The notes below the pieces were generated by a model. The model searched no databases. It was not told where the DNA came from and saw nothing but the letters and a program-made list of their open reading frames with translations. The position numbers and the translations under genes are program-made. A stretch of 64,000 nucleotides of DNA from Patescibacteria group bacterium (GTDB taxonomy: Bacteria > Patescibacteriota > Minisyncoccia > Phycocordibacterales > UBA918), in NCBI GenBank assembly GCA_019752815.1, contig JAIELQ010000005.1, positions 140,816 to 204,815 on the forward strand, given 5' to 3'. Shown here piece after piece: positions 28,783-38,893 of the stretch (positions within the stretch are counted from its first letter, which is position 1; each line of letters begins with the position of its first letter).

Positions 28783-29814
28783 TTAAAATTGTGCCCAGAT
28801 TTTTTGCTGGTCACTATCAATATGTACGTGGTTGCCGTATGGCATTGGGATTTGTGGATCAGTGTGTCCAAAATTCATGTTCTGAATCACAGGAATTTCT
28901 GGATTGTATTTGCGAATAGTATTTAGAATAGTTTCCTGCTGCATTTTTCTGTACTCTTCCTTTTCAGTCTCAGAGTTTTGCTTATCAAATTCCCAGGCTT
29001 TTGCACGACCCACTAGTACGGCTTTTACTTGAGCAAGGACACCTCTTTCACCGAGTGCTCGTATTACTCGTCGAACATAATCACTCGTAGGTAATTCTTC
29101 TGAAGTTTCTAGCATGAGAATAATGTTTTCAAAATCAGTTAGCGAAGGAATAGGTACTGCGTGACGTAACATTTCATCGACTGATTCTAAACATCCTCCC
29201 CACAAGACACCCTCAGTATTTTTTGTTCCATCCCAAATGTAACCATTATTTGGCCAGTGCGTTCTGTATTGCGCTAATGTTTCAATATTATCCCATCCTA
29301 GACCCTGATCGTTAAAGGTCTCTGAAGGCTTTAGTTGAAACCGACCTTCTTCAAATAGAGCTCGTTTAAGATATTCAATTGTATATGAATCCATTTCTCC
29401 TTGCATGGCAAATTGCGTAAGAATTGAGCCACCGTAATATGAAGGAATACCTTGCAAAAACATAAAATTCGCAAAGTGAGAATTGTCACTATAACCAAAG
29501 AACGGTTTAGGATTATTGACAAATGGTTCAGGAGTTAGGTTTTTAATGTACGTCACTTGGTCATCACCTCCGATGGTGGCGAACACTGCTTTGATAGCAG
29601 GGTCAGAAAATGCTGATACTAGGTCACTTGTTCGTTCTGCTGCCGATGCTCCAATTTTACGAGTCGAGGGATATTCTACTGGAATCAAACCAAAAATATC
29701 TTCCAAACGTTTGAGTCCTAGTTCGTACACCACGGGCCACCTCCCTGCTCCCGCAAAGCTTGGTGATAAAACTGCCACTTTATCTCCGGACTTTAGTTTG
29801 GGTAGTTTTATCAT
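28783..29814 (-). CDS. S66 LD-carboxypeptidase / MccF-like peptidase
   Basis: VAVLSPS, TIGGDD, GYSDN, LETSEE, FGHTDPQ. Confidence 0.92.
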   Translation of the reverse strand: MIKLPKLKSGDKVAVLSPSFAGAGRWPVVYELGLKRLEDIFGLIPVEYPSTRKIGASAAERTSDLVSAFSDPAIKAVFATIGGDDQVTYIKNLTPEPFVNNPKPFFGYSDNSHFANFMFLQGIPSYYGGSILTQFAMQGEMDSYTIEYLKRALFEEGRFQLKPSETFNDQGLGWDNIETLAQYRTHWPNNGYIWDGTKNTEGVLWGGCLESVDEMLRHAVPIPSLTDFENIILMLETSEELPTSDYVRRVIRALGERGVLAQVKAVLVGRAKAWEFDKQNSETEKEEYRKMQQETILNTIRKYNPEIPVIQNMNFGHTDPQIPMPYGNHVHIDSDQQKIWAQF

Positions 29815-29823
29815 AAAAGTTGT

Positions 29824-31131
29824 TTAGTATGGAGGCAAATACAACATTGGGTCGAGATATGCTTCTGTTGCAGCTACTGGTGTGGTGGCCGCACCACAAC
29901 TGGTGACGGCTTTGATTTCGTTAAATTTTCGAACGTTTACTCCTTCTTTGGCATAGACTGTAAAGTGGAGGTGTGGGCCGGTAGAGAATCCGGTATTTCC
30001 TACATAACCAATTACTTCACCGGTTGCAACTCGTTGTCCTGGAACCACACTCTGAACACTTTGGTGAGCGTAGAGCGTTGAAAGGCCGTTTGCATGGTCG
30101 ATCAGTGTCCATTTGCCCCATGAGTAACAGCCTGGCACTGCATCGGTATTCCCGGTTGCGCGCACTGTTCCTGCAAGAGGAGCTTTGATTTGCGTGCCAG
30201 TAGGTGCTCCAAAGTCGACACCAGGGTGATATGCTCGACCGCCATAGACGCCCGCATTTCGTTTAGCAAATTCAGTTCCACCAAAGTATTGAGTGATTAC
30301 AACATTCGCCAGCGGCCAGTCAAACACGCGTGAGCCAGCGGTAGGAATGGTATTTGGGTTCAAGATAAACGTTAACTTAGCTTCAAAGTCTCGCATTTCT
30401 TTTACAATTTGTTCGCGGGCAGCTTGTTTTTCCTTCAGAAGTTTTTGGTAGTTAGCTTCTTCGTTTCGAGTTGCTACGAGTAATTCTGAGCGTTCCGCTC
30501 TATTACTCGCTAGTACTGAACTTTGATCACTGTATTGATTTTTAAGGTCGACTAATTCCCCACGACGCTCGGTAGTTTGATCACGCTTATCCTCGAGAGT
30601 GTTTTGGAGTTCAACCAAGTTGGCAACCCGCTCGTTCATACTGTTACGTACGCGATCTAACGTTTGTAAATTGCTCCAGAACTCTGAGAGATGTTCGTTT
30701 TGCAACATTGCTTCAATCATCGTGATTTTATCTGTTTTGTAAATACGACGAATGGTTTCGGCAATCGCTGCTTCATTTTGAGCAATATCTTCCTCAGTGG
30801 CATTGATTTCAAGAATCAATTTATTAATTTCGAGGTCAGTTGAATTAATTTTTTGTTCGGTATACTTAATTTCCGCTACCACTTTTCCACGCTCAAGCTC
30901 GAGGCGGTTGATAGCACTTTGTAAAGTTTTTTTCTCAGCACCTACTTCTTTGAGGGATGATTCAAAGGCGGCGATTTCTTTTTCAATTTCACTTAAGCGA
31001 TTGTTTCGATCACGAATTTCTGTTTGCAGGGCTTCAATATCTACTTGTGCAGCTACATTACTACTACCCCACCAGAGTGCGGGGATAATAACAAGTCCAC
31101 ATATAAATGAAAGAATGACGCGATTGTGCAT
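29824..31131 (-). CDS. Coiled-coil plus M23 peptidoglycan endopeptidase
   Basis: Long coiled coil; HPGVDF, TLYAH, GFSTGPHLHF. Confidence 0.9.
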   Translation of the reverse strand: MHNRVILSFICGLVIIPALWWGSSNVAAQVDIEALQTEIRDRNNRLSEIEKEIAAFESSLKEVGAEKKTLQSAINRLELERGKVVAEIKYTEQKINSTDLEINKLILEINATEEDIAQNEAAIAETIRRIYKTDKITMIEAMLQNEHLSEFWSNLQTLDRVRNSMNERVANLVELQNTLEDKRDQTTERRGELVDLKNQYSDQSSVLASNRAERSELLVATRNEEANYQKLLKEKQAAREQIVKEMRDFEAKLTFILNPNTIPTAGSRVFDWPLANVVITQYFGGTEFAKRNAGVYGGRAYHPGVDFGAPTGTQIKAPLAGTVRATGNTDAVPGCYSWGKWTLIDHANGLSTLYAHQSVQSVVPGQRVATGEVIGYVGNTGFSTGPHLHFTVYAKEGVNVRKFNEIKAVTSCGAATTPVAATEAYLDPMLYLPPY

Positions 31132-32600
31132 TACTCCCCTATTTTATCACAAGCACTTTGAATGCGGGCTAGAGTTTCCAACTGTCCAATAGTATAAGCC
31201 AGTGTAAATGGGTCTGGAGACTGTACTTTGCCTGATAGACAGACGCGTAACGGCCATAATAGCTCCCCCTTCCCTACTTCCTCAGCATAAGGCCATAATG
31301 TAGCCTTAATAGTTTCAGACGAGCTAAAATCGGCATTTTTGAGCAATTCTAAGGCTTTTTGCAAGCGTGGTCGAGCTTGTTTGACGTCTGTATCGTTTTT
31401 CCACTTCAGAATATCAGTGTCGTAGGTTGGTGCAGTAAAGGCCCAGTCATATTCACCATGTTCGACTTCAGCTTGAAACTCGGTTAGTGTGTTAATACGT
31501 TCGCGAATGGTTGGTACCAGCCGTGCTAATGTTTCGTTATTGTATTGTGGCGCACTCTTAAATGATGCAGGGATCGCCGGGGTCAAGAATGTTGCAAACT
31601 CTTCAGGTGTCAGTAAGTTCAAGTGTTGGCGATTCATCCAGAGAAGTTTTTCTTCGTTAAAGGCGGCGCCGGCTTTTTGAATTTTAGTAATATCAAAAGC
31701 AGTAATCAGTTCGTCATGACTGAATACTTCTTGTTCTGTTCCAGGGTTCCAACCAGTGAGTGCCAGGAAGTTCATCATCGCTGATGGTAAATATCCATCA
31801 GCACGATAATCAAGAATGTCTTTGGCACCGTCACGTTTGCCAAGTTTTTTAGTGCGGTCATCACGGAGGATTGGTGGGAGTGTGACAAAAACTGGATACG
31901 GAATTTCTAGCGCATCATAAATGCTTAAAAATTTCGGCATACTTGAAATGAATTCGTCTGCCCGCATGATATGAGTAACTCCCATCAAGAGGTCATCGAT
32001 AATGTGGGCAAAATTGTAGGTTGGGTAGCCGTCACTTTTAATCAATACAACGTCATCGAGCATTTCTGGACCAGCCGATAGCTCACCACGGACCACGTCC
32101 TGCCAAACGTACCGTTTGATTTCTGGAACCTTCAGACGAAGCGGTTTGGTACCGTCCCAGGTGCAAAAGGATTCTGGGCGGTGGTCACGAATTAAGAAGG
32201 GGCGCTTTTCAGCAATCGCAGTTTCTTTGAAGGCAGCTACTTCTTCAGGCGTGTAGGGGTCAGGATACGCCAAGCCCTTTTCAATCAGTTTGTGTGCGAA
32301 TTCAATGTATAGTGGGAGACGTTCTGATTGGATGCATGAACCAAATGGTGTTTCCATACCTGGACCATAGTCCCAGGTAATACCAAGCCACCGTAGTGAG
32401 TTTTGAATATGATCAATTGAACCAGGCACTTCTCGTTCTTTGTCGGTGTCTTCAATTCGTAAGATAAAAGTCCCGTTGTTTTTTCGAGCATACAGGTATG
32501 CAAACAAGGCAGTTCGCACTCCTCCAATATGCATAAAACCCGTCGGAGACGGAGCGAAACGTGTCACTACCTTTTTTGTTTCTGAAGAATTATGATCCAT
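31131..32600 (-). CDS. gltX: Glutamate--tRNA ligase
   Basis: TRFAPSPTGFMHIGG, LRIEDTD, KLGKR; start moved to MDHNSS at 32600. Confidence 0.97.
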   Translation of the reverse strand: MDHNSSETKKVVTRFAPSPTGFMHIGGVRTALFAYLYARKNNGTFILRIEDTDKEREVPGSIDHIQNSLRWLGITWDYGPGMETPFGSCIQSERLPLYIEFAHKLIEKGLAYPDPYTPEEVAAFKETAIAEKRPFLIRDHRPESFCTWDGTKPLRLKVPEIKRYVWQDVVRGELSAGPEMLDDVVLIKSDGYPTYNFAHIIDDLLMGVTHIMRADEFISSMPKFLSIYDALEIPYPVFVTLPPILRDDRTKKLGKRDGAKDILDYRADGYLPSAMMNFLALTGWNPGTEQEVFSHDELITAFDITKIQKAGAAFNEEKLLWMNRQHLNLLTPEEFATFLTPAIPASFKSAPQYNNETLARLVPTIRERINTLTEFQAEVEHGEYDWAFTAPTYDTDILKWKNDTDVKQARPRLQKALELLKNADFSSSETIKATLWPYAEEVGKGELLWPLRVCLSGKVQSPDPFTLAYTIGQLETLARIQSACDKIGE

Positions 32601-33702
32601 GTTCGACACCGATAGAAATGAGAGCAGAGGCGATTTGGTTGGCGGCATCTGGTTTAGAAAACGCGCGAGCAGCCGCACTCATGTTCTGGTATTTAGCGGT
32701 ATCGCCCATAATAGACTGAATTTCAGTCGTAAGCAAATTCTCAGTTAAGTTCCCTTCTTCGAGCACGCTCGCTGCCCCACTACGCGCATAGGCATAGGCA
32801 TTGGTGCGCTGATCGTGGCTAATTTCTTCAGGAATTGGGATCACAATAGCCGGTTTACCATGCTGGGCAATTTCAAATAAGGTAGTACTACCTGCACGAG
32901 AAATTACGATAGTGGCTGCATCATATAAAGCAGCAATCGTGCTTGCGGTAATGGTCCCTTTTACATAGTAACGCGATAGCAGAGTCGGATCAGTCACGAG
33001 TGCTTGCGCTGTTTGGACAACTGTTTGTTCGAGCGCTGATCCAGTCTGGTGAAAGATACGGTAATGAGGCAGTAGTCGTGTAAGTGACTTAAGTATGAGG
33101 GCGTTAATCCGATCAGCCCCTAGTGATCCCCCCGTGACAAAAATTAACGGTGCATCATTTGGGATACCTAACTTGGTAAACGGATCGTTATCGATGTTGG
33201 TGATTACTTTGCGAATAGGAATCCCCACCAACGCTGTTTTGTCTGCTGGGAAGTACTGAGCCACTTCTGCGAACGCAATACCAATATAGCGGGCGAAGTT
33301 TTTCGCAAGTAAGCTGGCACGTCCCGGCTTGCTATCTGATTCGTGAATGATTACCGGAATGCGATAAAAACGAGCTGCTAATAATACCGGCACACTGGTG
33401 TATCCACCCTTTGAAAAAATTACATCGGGGTACCAAATAAATAATTGATACAGAGCTACAAACAATCCGGCAATGGTTTTAAAGCTATCGAAAAAGTTTT
33501 GAATAGAGAAATAGCGTCGTACTTTTCCTGCTGGACAGTAGATATGACGAATATTATTAGCTTTGAGTTCTGTATCATTAAAGGACGTGGGCCCAATATA
33601 AATTAGCTCAGCGGTCGCATTGCGAGCCACAATCGCTTCAGCCGTCGCTATAAGCGGATAGAAGTGTCCACCGGTTCCTCCTCCTACAAATGCAATTCTC
33701 AT
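32590..33702 (-). CDS. murG: MurG glycosyltransferase
   Basis: GGGTGGHFYP, KGGYTSVP, GGSLGA, SRAGSTT, DQRTNA. Confidence 0.96.
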   Translation of the reverse strand: MRIAFVGGGTGGHFYPLIATAEAIVARNATAELIYIGPTSFNDTELKANNIRHIYCPAGKVRRYFSIQNFFDSFKTIAGLFVALYQLFIWYPDVIFSKGGYTSVPVLLAARFYRIPVIIHESDSKPGRASLLAKNFARYIGIAFAEVAQYFPADKTALVGIPIRKVITNIDNDPFTKLGIPNDAPLIFVTGGSLGADRINALILKSLTRLLPHYRIFHQTGSALEQTVVQTAQALVTDPTLLSRYYVKGTITASTIAALYDAATIVISRAGSTTLFEIAQHGKPAIVIPIPEEISHDQRTNAYAYARSGAASVLEEGNLTENLLTTEIQSIMGDTAKYQNMSAAARAFSKPDAANQIASALISIGVEHGS

Positions 33703-33732
33703 ACTAAAAATATTCTATCATGTCGCTTGTGT

Positions 33733-34827
33733 CTACTTGCGGTACTTGGACACATTTAAGACTATACCAACCATAGTGAGCGTGGCGAGTAGTGCGGTAC
33801 CACCATGACTAATAAATGGCAGTGGTAATCCCGACAACGGAGCGACACCTAACATTGCACCCATGTTTAAAAATGCTTGTAGCACAATAATGGTCATGAA
33901 CCCGACGACTAGTAGCATTCCGAACATATCGTGCGCTACTGCGGCAATTTTAAAACCACGAAACGTAAATCCTAAAAACAATAGTATCAGTAACACACTA
34001 CCTACAAATCCAAACTCTTCGGCATAGACGGCAAAAATAGAGTCACCGATTGGCTCTGGCAAGTATTCAAATTTTTGAATACTCTGCCCAAATCCCCGAC
34101 CAGTAAACCCGCCTGATCCCACCGCAATCAGTGACTGTTGAATCTGGTACCCAGCCCCCTGAGGATCATCCTCGGGGTGCATAAACGTAGTAAGTCGATC
34201 CATGATGTATGGTCGAGTAAACGCCACGATAGCGAGTAGTACAATGGCTGAGACAACCATAATACCCACATCGCGCCATCGTCCACCGGCAGTAATAAAC
34301 ATCGCCAGTGCCGCCGCCGCCATAATCATAAACGTGTCAGTGTCCGGCTGCATGAGCATGATTGCACCAACAAAACCAACGATGCCGATAAAGGGTAAGG
34401 TCCCAGATTTAAATGAGGTAATGTACTGATTCATTCCTGATAGCCAGGTTGCGACATAAATCACAAAACCAATTTTAAGGATTTCGGCTGGTTGCATAGA
34501 GAAACCAAATACGTTAATCCAGCGCGTCGCTCCACCGTGGGTTGCACCAATACCCGGAATGAACACAGCGAGCGTAATGAGAACTGAAAAAATAAAGATA
34601 TAAAATGCGTACTGTCGTAAATTACGATAGTAAATATTTGATAATAAAAACATCATTGCTCCCCCGCCGACAATACCAAACAGAAATTGGTTAAAAGCCA
34701 CACTCGAGAAACTCGCTCCACTACGAGCTAAAAGCCCAAGCGAGGCTGAGGAAAATATTAAACACCCACTCACCACCAGTACGATAACGAGTCCAAGTAA
34801 AATTGTGTCGACAGATTTGGCTTTCAT
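33733..34827 (-). CDS. ftsW: SEDS peptidoglycan polymerase FtsW
   Basis: GATRWI, QPAE, QPD, GYQ..QS..GSGG, LPE, AEEFG, LPFISHGG; between mraY and murG. Confidence 0.93.
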   Translation of the reverse strand: MKAKSVDTILLGLVIVLVVSGCLIFSSASLGLLARSGASFSSVAFNQFLFGIVGGGAMMFLLSNIYYRNLRQYAFYIFIFSVLITLAVFIPGIGATHGGATRWINVFGFSMQPAEILKIGFVIYVATWLSGMNQYITSFKSGTLPFIGIVGFVGAIMLMQPDTDTFMIMAAAALAMFITAGGRWRDVGIMVVSAIVLLAIVAFTRPYIMDRLTTFMHPEDDPQGAGYQIQQSLIAVGSGGFTGRGFGQSIQKFEYLPEPIGDSIFAVYAEEFGFVGSVLLILLFLGFTFRGFKIAAVAHDMFGMLLVVGFMTIIVLQAFLNMGAMLGVAPLSGLPLPFISHGGTALLATLTMVGIVLNVSKYRK

Positions 34828-34857
34828 AGGTTCACTTGAGTATACCGCACATCAAAA

Positions 34858-35916
34858 CTACGCAACGGTCGCAATTGCGAGTCCCGCAATGGCACACATG
34901 ATACTGATAACCCAGTATCGCATTACCACTTTTGTTGACGGCCAACCGACGGCTTCAAAATGATGATGGAGCGGTGCTATTCTAAATAGTTTGCGCCCGG
35001 TCATTTTCTTATAAATCACCTGCATCAATACAGATGCGGCCGTAGCCACAAGCGGTAGTCCAATCAAGGGTAGTAACAGAATCCCCTTCCCATCACCTAA
35101 CTCGTCAGTCATAAATACCATAACCGCCAGCGTGAGTGTCAGGGCCATCGATCCGGTTTCTGTCATCCAAAATCGCGCCGGTGGAATGTTAAACCATAAA
35201 AATGCCAAGATGCCTCCGGCAACAGTGGCACAAAAAGCCGCGAGGTCATATTGCGATTGATTAAACGCAATGCCGGCATACGCCAGGAAAATCATCGAGA
35301 ACACTCCCCCGGATAGTCCATCGATACCATCAATGACTCCGCTCGCATACAGAGAAATGGTAGTGAATATAAAAAACGGAATTATCAGCCAACCGATTTC
35401 AACCGAACCATCAAATGGTATTCCTACACTATCAATACCGAGCTTGGCAAAAAACCACCAGCCTATAAATCCAGATAGTGCAGTAATGATTGCAATACGA
35501 ACTGATAAACGCAGCCCCTTTCCGCCATGAATGACATCATAATAGTCATTAAGAAGGCCAACCCCAGCTCCGATCACTAAAGTTGTAAATGGAATCCAGG
35601 TTTCAGAACGACTGATGAAAAATAACTCATCAAATATGCTCGTCGGAAACAGAAGTTTTAGTAAGTAAATAAATCCGATAGTGACCAGTACAGATCCCCA
35701 GATAACAATTCCACCCATGCGTGGAGTTTTTAACTCCCCGTCACCTTTTAGTTTGTTAAACTCAGTCGCTACTTCGCCGTTAAGCGCTACTTTACCACCA
35801 GTTTTTTTCCAGACTTTAAATTTGTAGAGATAGTGCGTTAAAAGCGGCGTTAACAAAATTCCAAATATAAATGCAAGCGTGGCTGGAATCAGAATTGAGA
35901 AAATAGGATATTCCAT
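34858..35916 (-). CDS. mraY: Phospho-MurNAc-pentapeptide transferase
   Basis: TPRMGG, DGIDGL, FLWFN.PPA, APLHHHFE. Confidence 0.93.
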   Translation of the reverse strand: MEYPIFSILIPATLAFIFGILLTPLLTHYLYKFKVWKKTGGKVALNGEVATEFNKLKGDGELKTPRMGGIVIWGSVLVTIGFIYLLKLLFPTSIFDELFFISRSETWIPFTTLVIGAGVGLLNDYYDVIHGGKGLRLSVRIAIITALSGFIGWWFFAKLGIDSVGIPFDGSVEIGWLIIPFFIFTTISLYASGVIDGIDGLSGGVFSMIFLAYAGIAFNQSQYDLAAFCATVAGGILAFLWFNIPPARFWMTETGSMALTLTLAVMVFMTDELGDGKGILLLPLIGLPLVATAASVLMQVIYKKMTGRKLFRIAPLHHHFEAVGWPSTKVVMRYWVISIMCAIAGLAIATVA

Positions 35917-35919
35917 AGG

Positions 35920-36939
35920 TTATTCAGGAGTTTGTAATGAGCTAGTGACCGCATCAACTAATTTTTTGACATCGGTAAACCGTCCATCGTAACTTGAGCC
36001 TAATACTGTCACGATAACCGGCCGATTATATCCAGCATCAAACGCAATCGTGAGGTTACCGCCGGCAATATCGGTATAACCGGTTTTTGAACCAAGTAGA
36101 TTTGGTATTTGGGTCACAATCGGATTGGTGTTCTCGGCAGAATGGTAACTACCCGCTGTGTTGTACACCCGGGTGCTGGTAAACGTGCTTGGTTCCAAAA
36201 TATTTGGATAGTTTTCTAAGATGTATTCCATTAAAAATGTTACCTCACGTGCAGTACCAAATGCGCCGGCTTGCTGTGAGTCGATATCCAATCCGGTTGG
36301 ATTGTAAAATGTGAAGTTGTTGAGCCCTAGTTCTTCGGCGCGAATATTCATGGCGTTCACAAATGTTTGGTTCGGGTTTGAGGTATCAATAACTGCCCCC
36401 ACAGCGTTTGCAAGCGCAAAGGCCGCGTCGTTTGATGACGCGAGCATAGAGTAGTCAGACAGTGCTTGAGCACTAATACGCTCACCCTCGGCGAGTCCAC
36501 TAGCGCCTGATTGTAAAATGGCAGATTGAGGAACAGTAATTTGTTTCTTTTCATCAACTAACTCGTACGCCACGAGCGCGGTCATCAATTTGGTAATGGA
36601 CGCTAGAGGCAATACCTTGTCCGCCCCTTTTACGAATAGTGCCTTTTTGCCTTTGACGTCATATACAAATGCCGCCGTACCTTCGATTGTTATATTGGTA
36701 ATCGGAGTAATTGTCTCTAGTGATGTTTGTGCAGTAACAAGTGATGCGGTTGGTGCGGGATTGTCGCCGGTAGCATTTTTAAGCGCCAACATCTTGGGAA
36801 CGGCACTCGCGGTAAAGATAAGCGCTAACACCAGACCCAAGAGCGCTAATTGGGCGAGCACAGGAAAACGCCGTGTCTCGATGGGAGTTTCGGGTACGAT
36901 GTCTTCGGTTTTAATCATGTAGTCGGTGTCTTCTATCAT
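35920..36939 (-). CDS. D-alanyl-D-alanine carboxypeptidase (S11)
   Basis: ASITKLMT (SxxK), SSN, KTG. Confidence 0.92.
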   Translation of the reverse strand: MIEDTDYMIKTEDIVPETPIETRRFPVLAQLALLGLVLALIFTASAVPKMLALKNATGDNPAPTASLVTAQTSLETITPITNITIEGTAAFVYDVKGKKALFVKGADKVLPLASITKLMTALVAYELVDEKKQITVPQSAILQSGASGLAEGERISAQALSDYSMLASSNDAAFALANAVGAVIDTSNPNQTFVNAMNIRAEELGLNNFTFYNPTGLDIDSQQAGAFGTAREVTFLMEYILENYPNILEPSTFTSTRVYNTAGSYHSAENTNPIVTQIPNLLGSKTGYTDIAGGNLTIAFDAGYNRPVIVTVLGSSYDGRFTDVKKLVDAVTSSLQTPE

Positions 36940-37472
36940 GGTGTTGTTGTCTGGTGTTCGAATTGTTCCAGCGCATCAGTGATACGAGCAAATTCAGGAA
37001 GATCATTTGTAGACGGTACTCCCAGTTGTGATAACAGTGCCGGTGTGACGGTAAACGTGTAGCCACTGCCTTTCCCGTTTGTGTTACGTTCGATTAATCC
37101 ACGGATTAAGAGGTTGCGTAATATAAACGACGAGTTAACTCCACGGACACGATCAATTTCACTACGTGATACTGGTCCCCGGTACAATACAATAGCGAGC
37201 GTCTCAGCACCAGCTTTTCCAATATCATTTTTAATATCCGCTTTACGGATTTGTTCAATAAATGGAGCCAGTTCAGGCGCGGTCGCGAGACTGATTTCCG
37301 TTTCAGTTTCAACTAAGCGTAGTGCTCCCGTTTGTAAACGCTCAGTTAGGTGTTTAATGGCGACGTGTAAGTCTGCTTCAGACACTGAATACAGCTTCAG
37401 GAGTGAAGCTTTTTTCTGTGGTGCGGACTTATAGAAAAGAAGTCCTTCAATAAGGATATCAAGCGGCATCAC
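36936..37472 (-). CDS. scpB: Segregation and condensation protein B
   Basis: ETLAIVLYRGPVSRSEIDRVRGVNS. Confidence 0.93.
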   Translation of the reverse strand: MMPLDILIEGLLFYKSAPQKKASLLKLYSVSEADLHVAIKHLTERLQTGALRLVETETEISLATAPELAPFIEQIRKADIKNDIGKAGAETLAIVLYRGPVSRSEIDRVRGVNSSFILRNLLIRGLIERNTNGKGSGYTFTVTPALLSQLGVPSTNDLPEFARITDALEQFEHQTTTP

Positions 37473-37632
37473 CCAAATATACCATAAATTAAGCCCTAAA
37501 AACTATATTTTTAGCCACATTATGTTGACAACATCTAATTCCCCAATTCTAATGCTTGACTTTTGTACGTAAGTATGCTACTGTAGTAAATGTCTGAGGC
37601 ACGGTGCCAAAAGATAAAAAGGGAGTTATCTG

Positions 37633-38003
37633 ATGAAGATCAATTTTTCGCCCCAGGGTCATGAGCCCATGAAAAGCAATGTTGAACCTGACATCCTGGG
37701 CGCCGACACCGGCCACAACCCGTCGACCTGATCGGTCTTCGGCCGGCGGACCATGGCGGTCGGCGGAGCGAATTCCTTTTAGGGACTGGCTGCCGCGATA
37801 ACTGCATGGCCTGAACGACCCCGGAGTGACTCCTGCCGATGCACGTGATGTGCTAGGTGCAGGATGTTCACTCCGGGGAACTTGAAACCTCGGCGAAAAA
37901 ATTGGAGACGTCGATGTTCTTGAACGAGCGATGTAGAGGCTAACACCTCGTGCGGTTGCTGAAGACCGAAAGAAAAAAATCAGTAAGGTTAGAATCACCT
38001 GAG
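37633..38003 (+). pseudogene. GC-rich decayed solo cassette inserted between scpA and scpB
   Basis: TTGACT-N17-TACTGT, GGGAG SD, ATG 37633 stops after 32 codons; broken frames to ~38003; terminator-like hairpin 38018-38060. Confidence 0.45.
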
Positions 38004-38125
38004 CCTAAAAGTATTTAGCCCCGCGTACTTGTCTATGACAGTCGCGGGGTTCCTTTATTTTACTTTTAACCTTTCTGTTAACAGAAAGATAATATTTTCC
38101 ATTTTCTCTCTTCAATATTCTATCT

Positions 38126-38869
38126 TCAGTAGTATCTCGGCGTACTTCCCTGCTCTAACTCTATTTCAATATCATCAAATCGCCCCAGTTGGGTTACGAG
38201 TACATTTCCTTGTTTCACTAATTCTAGAATTGCCAAGAAGCCTACAATCACTTCTTTGTGTTCGGTGGCGTCCGCCCGTAATTGCGAGAACTTGGTTTTC
38301 AGTTGTGTTTCAATGCGACGTTGTAAATTGTGCATCATTTCTTCTAGGCTGATGGTTTGTTTGACCTGGACCTTGGGTTTAACTTCTTTTTTAGGTAGGT
38401 TCAGTAACACACTCTCCATCGCCTCACGCAGGGCATCAACAGTACAGTACTCATCGGGAATAAACAGTGCTTCCTTTGGCGGGACAAAGCGTGGACTGTA
38501 GAGTGGTGTTTTGCCAAAAATACTAATCAGGTATTGCCCAGCATCACGGTAAATTTGGTACTGGCGCAATCGGTCCTCGAGATCATCAATCATTACCTCT
38601 TCTTCTTTGGTGAGTTCTAGTACCGGCAGGAGTGACTTTGATTTAATCAATAGTAACGTCGCAGCCAACTGCACAAACTGTGCTGTGTGTGGCAGTGATT
38701 TCTCCTGCATGGCGCTAACCTGTTTAATGTATTCGTCAGTTACAGCTGCGAGTGAGATATCGTTAATGAGAAGCTTACGCTTCTCCACTAATTCTATCAG
38801 CAACTCCAAAGGCCCTTCAAATACATTTGATTTAAAAGAGAACGCAAGTGGCGTGCTGGCAAGAGACAT
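38126..38869 (-). CDS. scpA: Segregation and condensation protein A
   Basis: FEGPLELLIELV, LLLIKSKSLLP, FLAILEL. Confidence 0.95.
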   Translation of the reverse strand: MSLASTPLAFSFKSNVFEGPLELLIELVEKRKLLINDISLAAVTDEYIKQVSAMQEKSLPHTAQFVQLAATLLLIKSKSLLPVLELTKEEEVMIDDLEDRLRQYQIYRDAGQYLISIFGKTPLYSPRFVPPKEALFIPDEYCTVDALREAMESVLLNLPKKEVKPKVQVKQTISLEEMMHNLQRRIETQLKTKFSQLRADATEHKEVIVGFLAILELVKQGNVLVTQLGRFDDIEIELEQGSTPRYY

Positions 38870-38893
38870 GGGTAAATAATAACACGCAGTGTG

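Noticed and set aside
37549-37998. 149-aa - strand ORF between scpA and scpB
   Set aside because: Ser/Arg/Pro-rich non-protein-like composition; promoter, SD and terminator all point to the + strand.
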